Origin: Armatimonadota bacterium
Lineage (GTDB): Bacteria; Sysuimicrobiota; Sysuimicrobiia; Sysuimicrobiales; Humicultoraceae
Direction: 5' to 3'
Length of the DNA: 53,284 bases
Assembly: GCA_052387355.1 (NCBI GenBank)
Contig: JBQTJG010000551.1
Location: 1-53,284 of the forward strand
A program made the position numbers and the translations under genes. Numbering within the stretch: position 1 is the first letter of the stretch; every line of letters starts with the position of its first letter. This document shows positions 9,446 to 17,467 of the stretch, in pieces. The notes below the pieces were generated by a model. That model saw only the letters and a list, made by a program, of their open reading frames with translations. It had not been told where the DNA came from and did no database searches.

Positions 9446-9758
9446 GGCGATGACCGGAAGTAGTAGGCGAATGCCGCTCCGGCACCTGCGGGTGCACGAG
9501 AGAGTCGGGAAGCGGTGGGAACCGATCGGCGCGGCAGCCGAACTCGTCTGGGAGCCGTGGGGATAAAAGCGCAAGCCGATAGTCTCCACCGTCCGCCCAC
9601 GAGACGGGCATGAGCGGACAGATGCGCGGGGCAGTAGCTCAGGGGGAGAGCGCCTCTTTGGCGTAGAGGAGGTCGCGGGTTCAATTCCCGCCTGCTCCAC
9701 CAGTTCCCAGCACGCGTCTGTCAACCGGGGTGGTACCGCGGAGGCCGTCTTCGTCCCT
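9446..9758 (+). ncRNA. T-box riboswitch, Leu (CUC) specifier
   Basis: Stem I with GA/K-turn motif (GCGAUGA...GAGC), AGUA loop-E, AG bulge GAGAGAG, GGUGGGAA apical loop, specifier loop GAA-CUC-G (CUC 9543-9545); Stem II 9557-9589; T-box GGGG-UGGUACC-GCG (9727-9740) pairing with CUUCGU-CCCU; upstream of ilvE-leuS. Confidence 0.92.
9628..9702 (+). tRNA. tRNA-Ala(GGC) or tRNA-like element embedded in T-box Stem III
   Basis: Acceptor GGGGCAG/CUGCUCC with G3:U70, A73, encoded CCA; D stem GCUC/GAGC; anticodon stem CCUCU/AGAGG, loop UU-GGC-GU; T stem GCGGG/CCCGC, loop UUCAAUU. Confidence 0.88.
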
Positions 9759-9782
9759 TGGGCGAGGCGGCGTTTGTACTTT
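9744..9782 (+). terminator. T-box attenuator (intrinsic terminator)
   Basis: GCCGUCUUCGUCC/GGGCGAGGCGGC hairpin, mutually exclusive with the antiterminator, followed by an interrupted U tract GUUUGUACUUU. Confidence 0.7.
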
Positions 9783-9800
9783 CAGGGAGGTGTCGGTAGC

Positions 9801-10733
9801 GTGAAGGCGAGCAGCCGGATCTGGATGGACGGCAGGCTCATCCCGTGGGACGACGCGCGCATCCACGTCACGTCGCACGTCGTGCATTACGGGTCGAGCG
9901 TCTTCGAGGGGATTCGCGCCTATGAGACAACGGGCGGCCCGGCGGTCTTCTGCCTGGAGCCCCACCTGCGGCGCCTGGAAGACTCCTGCCGGATCTTCCG
10001 CATGCCGCTGCCCTACCCGCGCCCTGAGATGTTCCGCGCGATCCTCGACACCATCAGCGCGAACCACCACCGAAGCTGTTACATCCGCCCGGTGGTCTTT
10101 CGCGGGTCGGAGTCATTGAGCGTCGATCCGCGCAAGAGCCCGGTGCACACCGCGATCATCACGCTCGAGTGGGGACGCTACCTTGGACCTGAGGCGATTG
10201 AGCAGGGTGTGGACGTCATGGTGAGCTCGTGGCGACGCTTCGCGCCCGATACCCTGCCCGGCATGGGGAAGATCGGCGGCAACTACGTCAACTCTGCGTT
10301 CGTCGTCATGGAGGCCGTGGACAACGGATACACCGAGGGCATCGCGTTGGACGTGCAGGGCTACCTCAGCGAGGGGAGCGGCGAGAACCTGTTCCTGGCG
10401 CGCGACGGCGTGGTCTACACGCCGCCCGCCGCGGCGTCGATCCTGATGGGCGTCACCCGGCACGTGGTGATGACGCTGTGCCGTGACATGGGCATCGAGG
10501 TGCGCGAGATGCCGCTCCCGCGCGAGATGCTCTATGTCGCGGATGAGGTGTTCTTCACCGGCACCGGCGCCGAGATCTCGCCCATTCGCTCGATCGATCG
10601 CCAGCAGGTGGGCGCCGGCCGCCGCGGTCCAATCACGCACCGGCTGCAGGACGAGTTCTTCGGCATCGCCGAGGGGCGTATCCCGGACCGGCATGGATGG
10701 CTGACGCCGGTCCCCGTCCCGGCGGGGTCCTGA
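9801..10733 (+). CDS. ilvE: Branched-chain amino acid aminotransferase
   Basis: HYGSSVFEGIRAY, YIRP, GKIGGNY (PLP Lys), EGSGENLF, GVTR, TGTGAEI; AGGGAGG RBS before GTG 9801. Confidence 0.93.
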   Translation: MKASSRIWMDGRLIPWDDARIHVTSHVVHYGSSVFEGIRAYETTGGPAVFCLEPHLRRLEDSCRIFRMPLPYPRPEMFRAILDTISANHHRSCYIRPVVFRGSESLSVDPRKSPVHTAIITLEWGRYLGPEAIEQGVDVMVSSWRRFAPDTLPGMGKIGGNYVNSAFVVMEAVDNGYTEGIALDVQGYLSEGSGENLFLARDGVVYTPPAAASILMGVTRHVVMTLCRDMGIEVREMPLPREMLYVADEVFFTGTGAEISPIRSIDRQQVGAGRRGPITHRLQDEFFGIAEGRIPDRHGWLTPVPVPAGS

Positions 10734-10777
10734 TTCGCAGGGTTCCGCTGCAGGGAAGCGCCCTTAGGAGGATGATC

Positions 10778-13231
10778 ATGCGCTACGACGCGTCCGCGAT
10801 CGAACGCAAGTGGCAGGCCCGGTGGGAGGCCGACGGGCTGCACCACGCCCCGGACGGCGGTAACCGCCCGAAGTTCTTCTTCCTGACCATGTACCCGTAC
10901 CCATCGGGCGATTACCTCCATATCGGACACTGGTACGCCATGACGCCGTCCGATGCCGCCGCGCGATACAAGCGAATGCGGGGCTACAACGTGACGTTCC
11001 CGATCGGATACGATGCGTTCGGTCTGCCGGCCGAGAACGCGGCGATCGAGCGCGGCATCCATCCCTACAAGTGGACGATGAGCAACATCGACGTCATTCG
11101 GCGGCAGCTGCGGTCGATGGGCGCCATGTGGGACTGGCCGCGGGAAGTCGTCACCTGCCTGCCGGACTACTACAGGTGGAACCAGTGGTTCTTCCTGAAG
11201 ATGTACGAGCGGGACCTGGCCTACCGGGCGCTGGCGCCGGTCGACTGGTGTCCCAAGGACAACACGACGCTGGCCCGCGAGCAGGTGGTCGGCGAGGAGC
11301 GCGTCTGCGAGCGGTGCGGCACTCCCGTCATCAAGAAGAACCTGGAACAGTGGTTTCTGAAGATCACCGCCTACGCCGACGAGTTGCTCGACTTCTCGAA
11401 GATCGAGTGGCCGGAGCGCGTCCGCACGCTCCAGACGAACTGGATCGGCCGCAGCGAGGGTGTGGAGTTTGCGATTCCCGCCAGGGATCATCCAGACGTC
11501 TCGTTTCGCGTGTTTACGACCCGGCCCGACACCGTGTACGGGATGACCTTCGCCGTGCTGGCGCCCGAGCATCCGCTGGTTGAAGCGCTGACCGCGCCGG
11601 ATCGCCGGACCGATGTCGAGGCGTACAAGTTCAAGGCTGCGCGCGAGTCGGACATCGAGCGCCTCTCGACTGAGCGTGATCGCGATGGCGTCTTCATCGG
11701 GGCGTACGCGGTGAACCCGATGAGCGGGGACGCGGCGCCGATCTTCATCGCCGACTACGTGCTGCTCACGTACGGCACCGGAGCCATCCAGGGTGTGCCG
11801 GCGCACGATACGCGCGACTTCGACTTCGCCAGGAAGTACGACCTGCCGATTCCGGTCGTGGTCGCGCCGCCCGGGTGGGACGGGCAGCCGCTGCGAGAAG
11901 CGTACCTGGACGAGGGGACGATGACGAACTCGGGCCCCTTCAACGGCCTGCCTTCGGCAGAAGGCTGGGAGCGGATCGCCGATGAGATGGTGCGCCGCGG
12001 CGTGGGCCAGCGGAAGGTGCACTACCGCCTCCACGATTGGCTGATCAGTCGCCAGCGATACTGGGGAACGCCGATTCCGATCATCTATTGCGATACGTGT
12101 GGGATGGTCCCGGTGTCGTACGATGATCTACCCGTGGTGCTTCCAGAAGACGCCGAATTCCGCCCGACCGGGGAGTCGCCGCTGAAGTTTCACGCGGCGT
12201 TCTTGAACGTGACCTGCCCGAAGTGCGGAGGGGCCGCCCGACGTGAGACCGACACGATGGACACGTTCATTGATTCATCGTGGTATCAGTACCGGTATGT
12301 CAGCCCCCAGTATGACAATGCTCCGTTCGATCCTCAGCGAGGGGCGTACTGGCTACCGGTGGATCAGTACACCGGTGGCATCGAGCATGCGGTGATGCAC
12401 CTGCTCTACACGCGATTCTGGACCAAGGCCATGCGCGACATGGGGCTGGTCTCGTTCGACGAACCGATGACGCGCCTGGTCAATCAAGGGATCATCCTGG
12501 GCCCTGACGGCCACAGGATGAGCAAGTCCCACGGCAACGCCGTCGATCCCGACGAGATCCTAGCGGCGTACGGCGCCGACGTCCTGCGAGCCTACCTGAT
12601 GTTCATCGGGCCCTGGAGTGAAGGCGGGCCGTGGAACAGTCGGGGCATCGGGGGGATCGCGCGGTTCCTGACGCGCGTCTGGGTGCTGGTCACGGAACCG
12701 GCGAAGCCCGGGGACGGTACGTCCCATGAGGCGCTGCGGCCACGCGATCTGGAGTACTGGACGCATCACACGATCCGCCGTGTGACCGACGACCTCGAGG
12801 GGTTCCGGTTCAACACGGCGATCGCCGCGCTCATGGAGTTCAGCAACCTGCTGCAGCGTGCCAGGTACACGGCCCTGGGAGGGACGCCGTTGTGGCGTGA
12901 CGCCATCCGGGCGTTGGTGGTGCTGCTGGCGCCCCTGTGCCCCCATACCGCCGAGGAGCTGTGGGTCGAACATCTGGGTCAGCCCTACAGCGTGCACACC
13001 CAGGCCTGGCCTGCATACGATCTTCGAAAGGCGACGCCGGAGAACATCACGCTGGTGTTTCAGGTCAACGGCCGCGTGCGTGATCGGGTCGAGGTGGAAT
13101 CCGGGATTGGCGATGCGGAGGCCCGAGAGCTGGCGCTGGCCAATCCACGGGTGCGTCAGCATCTCGATGGGAAGACGGTTGCAGACGTGATCGTCGTGCC
13201 CGGACGGCTCGTCAACATCGTCGTCCGGTAG
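10778..13231 (+). CDS. leuS: Leucine--tRNA ligase
   Basis: HIGH, FTTRPDT editing motif, ISRQRYWG, RETDTMDTF, GGIEHA, RMSKS; AGGAGG RBS before ATG 10778. Confidence 0.97.
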   Translation: MRYDASAIERKWQARWEADGLHHAPDGGNRPKFFFLTMYPYPSGDYLHIGHWYAMTPSDAAARYKRMRGYNVTFPIGYDAFGLPAENAAIERGIHPYKWTMSNIDVIRRQLRSMGAMWDWPREVVTCLPDYYRWNQWFFLKMYERDLAYRALAPVDWCPKDNTTLAREQVVGEERVCERCGTPVIKKNLEQWFLKITAYADELLDFSKIEWPERVRTLQTNWIGRSEGVEFAIPARDHPDVSFRVFTTRPDTVYGMTFAVLAPEHPLVEALTAPDRRTDVEAYKFKAARESDIERLSTERDRDGVFIGAYAVNPMSGDAAPIFIADYVLLTYGTGAIQGVPAHDTRDFDFARKYDLPIPVVVAPPGWDGQPLREAYLDEGTMTNSGPFNGLPSAEGWERIADEMVRRGVGQRKVHYRLHDWLISRQRYWGTPIPIIYCDTCGMVPVSYDDLPVVLPEDAEFRPTGESPLKFHAAFLNVTCPKCGGAARRETDTMDTFIDSSWYQYRYVSPQYDNAPFDPQRGAYWLPVDQYTGGIEHAVMHLLYTRFWTKAMRDMGLVSFDEPMTRLVNQGIILGPDGHRMSKSHGNAVDPDEILAAYGADVLRAYLMFIGPWSEGGPWNSRGIGGIARFLTRVWVLVTEPAKPGDGTSHEALRPRDLEYWTHHTIRRVTDDLEGFRFNTAIAALMEFSNLLQRARYTALGGTPLWRDAIRALVVLLAPLCPHTAEELWVEHLGQPYSVHTQAWPAYDLRKATPENITLVFQVNGRVRDRVEVESGIGDAEARELALANPRVRQHLDGKTVADVIVVPGRLVNIVVR

Positions 13232-13295
13232 ATAGCCCGAGAGACCCGTACATCGCCCCTTCCCCTGCCGAACAAAGAGGGGGAGGGGTGATGCT

Positions 13296-13910
13296 TTGGA
13301 GCGATCTGAGGCGCTGGCGCTGGCGGGACTGGGGACTGCCGTGGTTGTGGCGGTCGTCGTCGTCATACGGGCGAACCGGCCGCCGGAACCCATCAAGGTC
13401 ACGACCTCGGTCGCAGCGGCCCAGATCAGTGTCCACGTGGTCGGTGAGGTAGTCTGGCCGGGTCTCTACGTGCTCAAGGCCGGCGCGCGCGTGCAGGATG
13501 CTATCTTCGCCGCGCACGGCCCATCGTATATCGCAGATCTCCGCGGGGTGAATCTCGCCGCGCCGTTGCGTGACGGCGATCGGGTCGTGATCCCCCGCAT
13601 CATTCAGCCGACGTTTCCGCTTGTCGTGGAGAAGATGCGCCCTGGAACCTCCGCCCGGCCGCCGACGCCGCCACCGCCGGCGGTGGTGGGCACCCCGGTG
13701 GCAGGTGAGCCCCTCGGCGCGGTGAACGTCAACATCGCGACCGCTGAGGATCTCGAGCGTCTGCCCGGGATCGGCCCGGTATTGGCGCACCGGATCGTCG
13801 AGTTTCGCGAGGCCAGGGGGTTGTTCAGGCGGCTGGAGGATCTCCTTGAAGTAAAGGGGATCGGGGCGAAGCTATTTCACCGTATCCGCCCCCTGGTCCG
13901 GCTCGAATAG
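13296..13910 (+). CDS. comEA: ComEA-like DNA-binding protein (N-terminal TM, SLBB, helix-hairpin-helix)
   Basis: VHVVGEVVWPGLY, NLAAPLRDG, VNVNIATAEDLERLPGIGP, EVKGIG. Confidence 0.88.
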   Translation: MERSEALALAGLGTAVVVAVVVVIRANRPPEPIKVTTSVAAAQISVHVVGEVVWPGLYVLKAGARVQDAIFAAHGPSYIADLRGVNLAAPLRDGDRVVIPRIIQPTFPLVVEKMRPGTSARPPTPPPPAVVGTPVAGEPLGAVNVNIATAEDLERLPGIGPVLAHRIVEFREARGLFRRLEDLLEVKGIGAKLFHRIRPLVRLE

Positions 13911-13936
13911 GGAACCGTCCTGGCGCTCGCACCGTA
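13911..13936 (+). promoter_or_regulatory. ECF-type promoter, probably autoregulatory
   Basis: GGAAC (13911-13915), 17-nt spacer, CGTA (13933-13936) just upstream of the ECF sigma gene. Confidence 0.6.
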
Positions 13937-13970
13937 GTGATCTACGAGATCCTGCGGCCGCAGGTGCGGC

Positions 13971-14558
13971 GTGGCAGCGAGCCGGGAGCAGGCGCGGCCG
14001 GCAAGATCGGCGGATGAGCGGGCCGAGTTCGAGCAGCTCGTGGCGCATTACAGCCGGCACGTCTACTCGATCGCGTACCGGATGGCCGGTAACGAGGCCG
14101 ACGCCAAGGATCTGGCCCAGGAGGCGTTCATACGTGTCTGGCGGGCCTGGGACCGGATCGATCCGGCGGCCCCTCTAGAGGGATGGCTCTACCGGATCGT
14201 CACGAACCTGTTCATCGACCTGCTGCGGCGTCGCCGCGGGCCGAAAATCCATTCGCTCGACGAACCGATGGCGACGTCTTCGGGCGAACTCGCGAGGGAA
14301 CGCCCGGATCCGACAGCCGACATCGAGCGGACGGTGCTGGACGCGATGGTCGACCGGCGCATCCAGGAGGCATTGCTGGCCCTGCCGCCGGACCTGAGGA
14401 TGGTCGTGGTGCTGGCCGATGTCGAAGGCCATGCCTATGAGGAGATTGCCTCGATGATGGGTGTGCCGATCGGGACCGTGAAATCGCGTCTCCACCGGGC
14501 GCGGCGGGCTTTGCGCGACCGGCTCGCCCCCATCCGAGCCAGTCTGGTCGGCGGATGA
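13971..14558 (+). CDS. ECF RNA polymerase sigma factor (RpoE/SigW-like)
   Basis: Region 2 DAKDLAQEAFIRVW...WLYRIVTN; region 4 YEEIA...PIGTVKSRLHRAR. Confidence 0.93.
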   Translation: MAASREQARPARSADERAEFEQLVAHYSRHVYSIAYRMAGNEADAKDLAQEAFIRVWRAWDRIDPAAPLEGWLYRIVTNLFIDLLRRRRGPKIHSLDEPMATSSGELARERPDPTADIERTVLDAMVDRRIQEALLALPPDLRMVVVLADVEGHAYEEIASMMGVPIGTVKSRLHRARRALRDRLAPIRASLVGG

Positions 14559-15055
14559 GCAGCCACCGGATCGAACAGCAGTTGAGCGCCTATCTCGACG
14601 GCGAGCTGACGGGCGACGAGATGGCCGAGGTGCGCCGTCACCTCAGCGCGTCCGAAGCGCTGCGCGGGCAGTTCGAGGAATTGCAGCAGACCAAGCGCCT
14701 CCTCGGTCGCCTTCAGACACCCGATCTCCCTCCCAGATTCACCCCAGAGCTCTGGGCCCGTGTCGACCATGCGGGGGGACGCCGGTGGTTCGAGTGGCCC
14801 CGGCGGTTCTGGTGGCCCCGGCCGGCCGTCGCGTTTGCCGCCGTGGCCCTGGCCGTTGTCCTGGTCGCGGTCCCGTTGGTCCGGGGACATCGAGACCGCC
14901 TGCGCGCGGCCGAGATGAGTCCTGACCTCTTCATTCGTGCCGCCACCCAGGCCGCGTCCCAGGATCCGTTCATGGACCGGGCCTACCTGGGACTGGTCAC
15001 CACTGACGCGAACCTTCGCCTGGTCGGGGAAGAGCCGCGGGCACCCCGACGATGA
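14555..15055 (+). CDS. Membrane-anchored anti-sigma factor with degenerate zf-HC2/ZAS domain
   Basis: LSAYLDGEL...RHL, one TM helix, ATGA-coupled to the sigma gene. Confidence 0.82.
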   Translation: MSSHRIEQQLSAYLDGELTGDEMAEVRRHLSASEALRGQFEELQQTKRLLGRLQTPDLPPRFTPELWARVDHAGGRRWFEWPRRFWWPRPAVAFAAVALAVVLVAVPLVRGHRDRLRAAEMSPDLFIRAATQAASQDPFMDRAYLGLVTTDANLRLVGEEPRAPRR

Positions 15056-16104
15056 CGCGTATCACCATGGCGACGCGCATCGCCATGCTGGGGATAGCGC
15101 TCTGGCTGGCCGCCGTGCCCCTGGCGACCTCGCAGGGCTCGGATGAAGCGCTGCTTGAGGGCGTTCCTGTCGCGAACGTGATCCGGCACGCCGCACTCGC
15201 GCCGCAGATCGTGGACTACGAAGGCACGAAGATCCTTTCGGTCCTGCGTGGCGACTTGATGGAAACCGTGACGGTCAACGAAGCCCACAAAAGGCCGGCG
15301 AAGACTCGGCTGGATTTTCTTTCCCCCGAGGGCGTGGCCGGGCGTCTGGTCATCGACGACGGCATCCAGGCCTGGCACTACGAACCGCGGCTCCACATGG
15401 TTTTTCTGGGGCCATCCATGGCAGCGCCTGCCGATGCGGCCATGGATCTGCCTCTCGACCGATATCGCGTGCGCGTCCTGGGCACGGAGGAAGTCATCGG
15501 CCGGCAGACGGCCGTGCTGAGCCTCTGGCCGCGAGACGGCCGTCGAGAACGCCGAATGTGGATCGATCGTACGACCGGCGTCGCGCTGCGCACTGAGGAG
15601 CGCGATCCTGACGAAGGGCTGGTGGCGACGGCCTACTTCACCCGGATCAGCTTTGCCCTGAACGTACCGGACGGTCTGTTCCGCGCTCGGCTGCCTGCCG
15701 GTGCCCGGATGGTGAGCCAGACCGCGCGCGCGGGCCCGTTACTGTCACTCCCCGTCCTGGAGACAAACGTGGGATTCTCGATCCGGGCTCCACAGAGGCT
15801 CTCAGAAGGCTTTGTCCTGCAGGGAGGAGCGCCGATTCGTGACGGGCCTGTGATGGCCGCGCACCTGCACTACTCCGACGGCGTGCGGTCGCTCGCCCTG
15901 TTCGTGGCGCCGGCCCGCCGGCTAGGCCCGCCTGGCCGGGGCGATCCGGTCCCCGCGATCGGTCCAGTTGGCCGGACGGTTGTCGTGGGCGCCCTGCGAC
16001 TGGTGGTCTGGGAAGCGCAGGGGCACCGGTTGACGCTCGTCGGACCGCTGTCGCTGTCAGAGTTGGTGAACCTGGCCTCTATGATCACGGCGGCGACGCG
16101 CTGA
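15052..16104 (+). CDS. MucB/RseB-like extracytoplasmic sigma regulator (LolA-like fold)
   Basis: Signal peptide; DYEG, GTEEVIGR, MWIDRTTGVALR, HLHYSDGVRSLALF; third gene of the sigma/anti-sigma operon. Confidence 0.72.
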   Translation: MTRITMATRIAMLGIALWLAAVPLATSQGSDEALLEGVPVANVIRHAALAPQIVDYEGTKILSVLRGDLMETVTVNEAHKRPAKTRLDFLSPEGVAGRLVIDDGIQAWHYEPRLHMVFLGPSMAAPADAAMDLPLDRYRVRVLGTEEVIGRQTAVLSLWPRDGRRERRMWIDRTTGVALRTEERDPDEGLVATAYFTRISFALNVPDGLFRARLPAGARMVSQTARAGPLLSLPVLETNVGFSIRAPQRLSEGFVLQGGAPIRDGPVMAAHLHYSDGVRSLALFVAPARRLGPPGRGDPVPAIGPVGRTVVVGALRLVVWEAQGHRLTLVGPLSLSELVNLASMITAATR

Positions 16105-16132
16105 CTGACCGCGAGGGCAGGCCGGCTGACGC

Positions 16133-16426
16133 ATGACCCTTCGCGAGTTTCAGGAACAGATCGAAGCCACCTATGGCGCGCGGGACCGCGCGCGCGGAGT
16201 CGATGGGACCTTCCGATGGCTGCTCGAAGAGCTCGGTGAGCTGGCCAGGGCGATTCGCGACGCCGACCCCAAGCGCCTCGAAGAAGAACTCAGCGATGTG
16301 CTCGCGTGGACGGCCACCGTCGCGTCGCTGTGCGGCGTCGACCTCTCGCGAGCGGCAGCGCGGTATGCCGCCGGCTGTCCGAAGTGCGGGGCCACCCCGT
16401 GCGTCTGCGAATCTGGTTCTCCGTAG
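16133..16426 (+). CDS. MazG-like nucleotide pyrophosphohydrolase with C-terminal Cys cluster
   Basis: EELGELA...EEELSDV motif; CPKC..PCVC tail. Confidence 0.82.
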   Translation: MTLREFQEQIEATYGARDRARGVDGTFRWLLEELGELARAIRDADPKRLEEELSDVLAWTATVASLCGVDLSRAAARYAAGCPKCGATPCVCESGSP

Positions 16427-17445
16427 CCTCTGTGGGACTCATGCTCGCCGGGCTGCCTCGGCTGGGAGCCTCCGCCCTCAGTCCGGCATCCCAGGGGGTC
16501 CACCTATCCGCGGTCGTCGTTGATCTGCACTGTGACACCATCCTCCAGATTCACGCCGGTCAACGCAGACTCCATCAGCGCTCCGCGACGGGTCACATCG
16601 ACATCCCCCGGCTTCGTGAGGGCGGTGTCGACGTGCAGGTCTTTGCGATATACGTGGCGCCGAGCATGGCGGCCCGAGGCCCGGCGCGCGCACGCGAGTT
16701 GATTCAATCCTTCCACGGAGCCATGACCGCCAGCGCATCACAGATCACCCATGTCACGACGGTGGCGGAGATCGAGCGGGCCCAGCGGGAACGGAAGATC
16801 GCGGCGGTCCTCTCGATCGAGAACGGCGACGCGCTGGGCGGGCAACTGACCGGGCTTGATGAGCTCCACCGCCTGGGCGTCCGAATGCTGGGGCTGACGT
16901 GGAACCCCAGCAACCGGTTGGGCGACGGCGCACTGGGACGCCGGCACGGCGGGCTCACCGATCTCGGCCGCGCCGTCCTGCGGCGTATGGAAGAGCTGGG
17001 CATTGTCCCCGACGCATCGCATCTTTCGGAACCGGCGTTCTGGGACATGATGAAGGCGACACGCGGTCCGGTGATCGCGTCGCACTCGAACGCGGCCGCG
17101 CTGCACAGGCATCCCCGCAACCTCACCGACGAACAACTCCGCGCGATTGCCGGTCGCGGTGGCGTCGCGGGCGTCAACTTCTATCCCGGGTTCCTGGGCA
17201 AGGCGACGCTCGCGCGAGTCCTCGATCACATCGACTATATCGTCAACGTGGCAGGTGTTGATCACGTGGCGCTGGGATCGGACTACGACGGGATCCCTCA
17301 GGCGCCCGACGGGCTCGAGGATGTCTCGAAGCTGCCGAACCTCACCGCCGGCCTGCAGTCGCGGGGATATACCCGAGAGCACATTCACAAGATCCTGGGA
17401 GGAAACGCCCTGAGGGTCTTCCGGCAGGTGTGGAAGAATCCATGA
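16399..17445 (+). CDS. Membrane dipeptidase (peptidase M19), probably exported
   Basis: DLHCD, GHIDIPRLREGGV, SIENG, DASH, SHSN, RNLTD, LGSDYDG; signal-like N-terminus from GTG 16399. Confidence 0.85.
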   Translation: MRLRIWFSVASVGLMLAGLPRLGASALSPASQGVHLSAVVVDLHCDTILQIHAGQRRLHQRSATGHIDIPRLREGGVDVQVFAIYVAPSMAARGPARARELIQSFHGAMTASASQITHVTTVAEIERAQRERKIAAVLSIENGDALGGQLTGLDELHRLGVRMLGLTWNPSNRLGDGALGRRHGGLTDLGRAVLRRMEELGIVPDASHLSEPAFWDMMKATRGPVIASHSNAAALHRHPRNLTDEQLRAIAGRGGVAGVNFYPGFLGKATLARVLDHIDYIVNVAGVDHVALGSDYDGIPQAPDGLEDVSKLPNLTAGLQSRGYTREHIHKILGGNALRVFRQVWKNP

Positions 17446-17467
17446 CGGCAAGATGAGGGCGACGTGG

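Noticed and set aside
9628-9702. tRNA as an integration site for a prophage or island
   Set aside because: No integrase seen, no duplicated tRNA 3' end noticed, and both flanks belong to one continuous T-box fold.
8792-9724. ORFs crossing the T-box/tRNA region (8792-9724 minus, 9352-9684 minus, 9381-9566 plus)
   Set aside because: They are translations of structured RNA and promoter sequence; no RBS or protein motifs.
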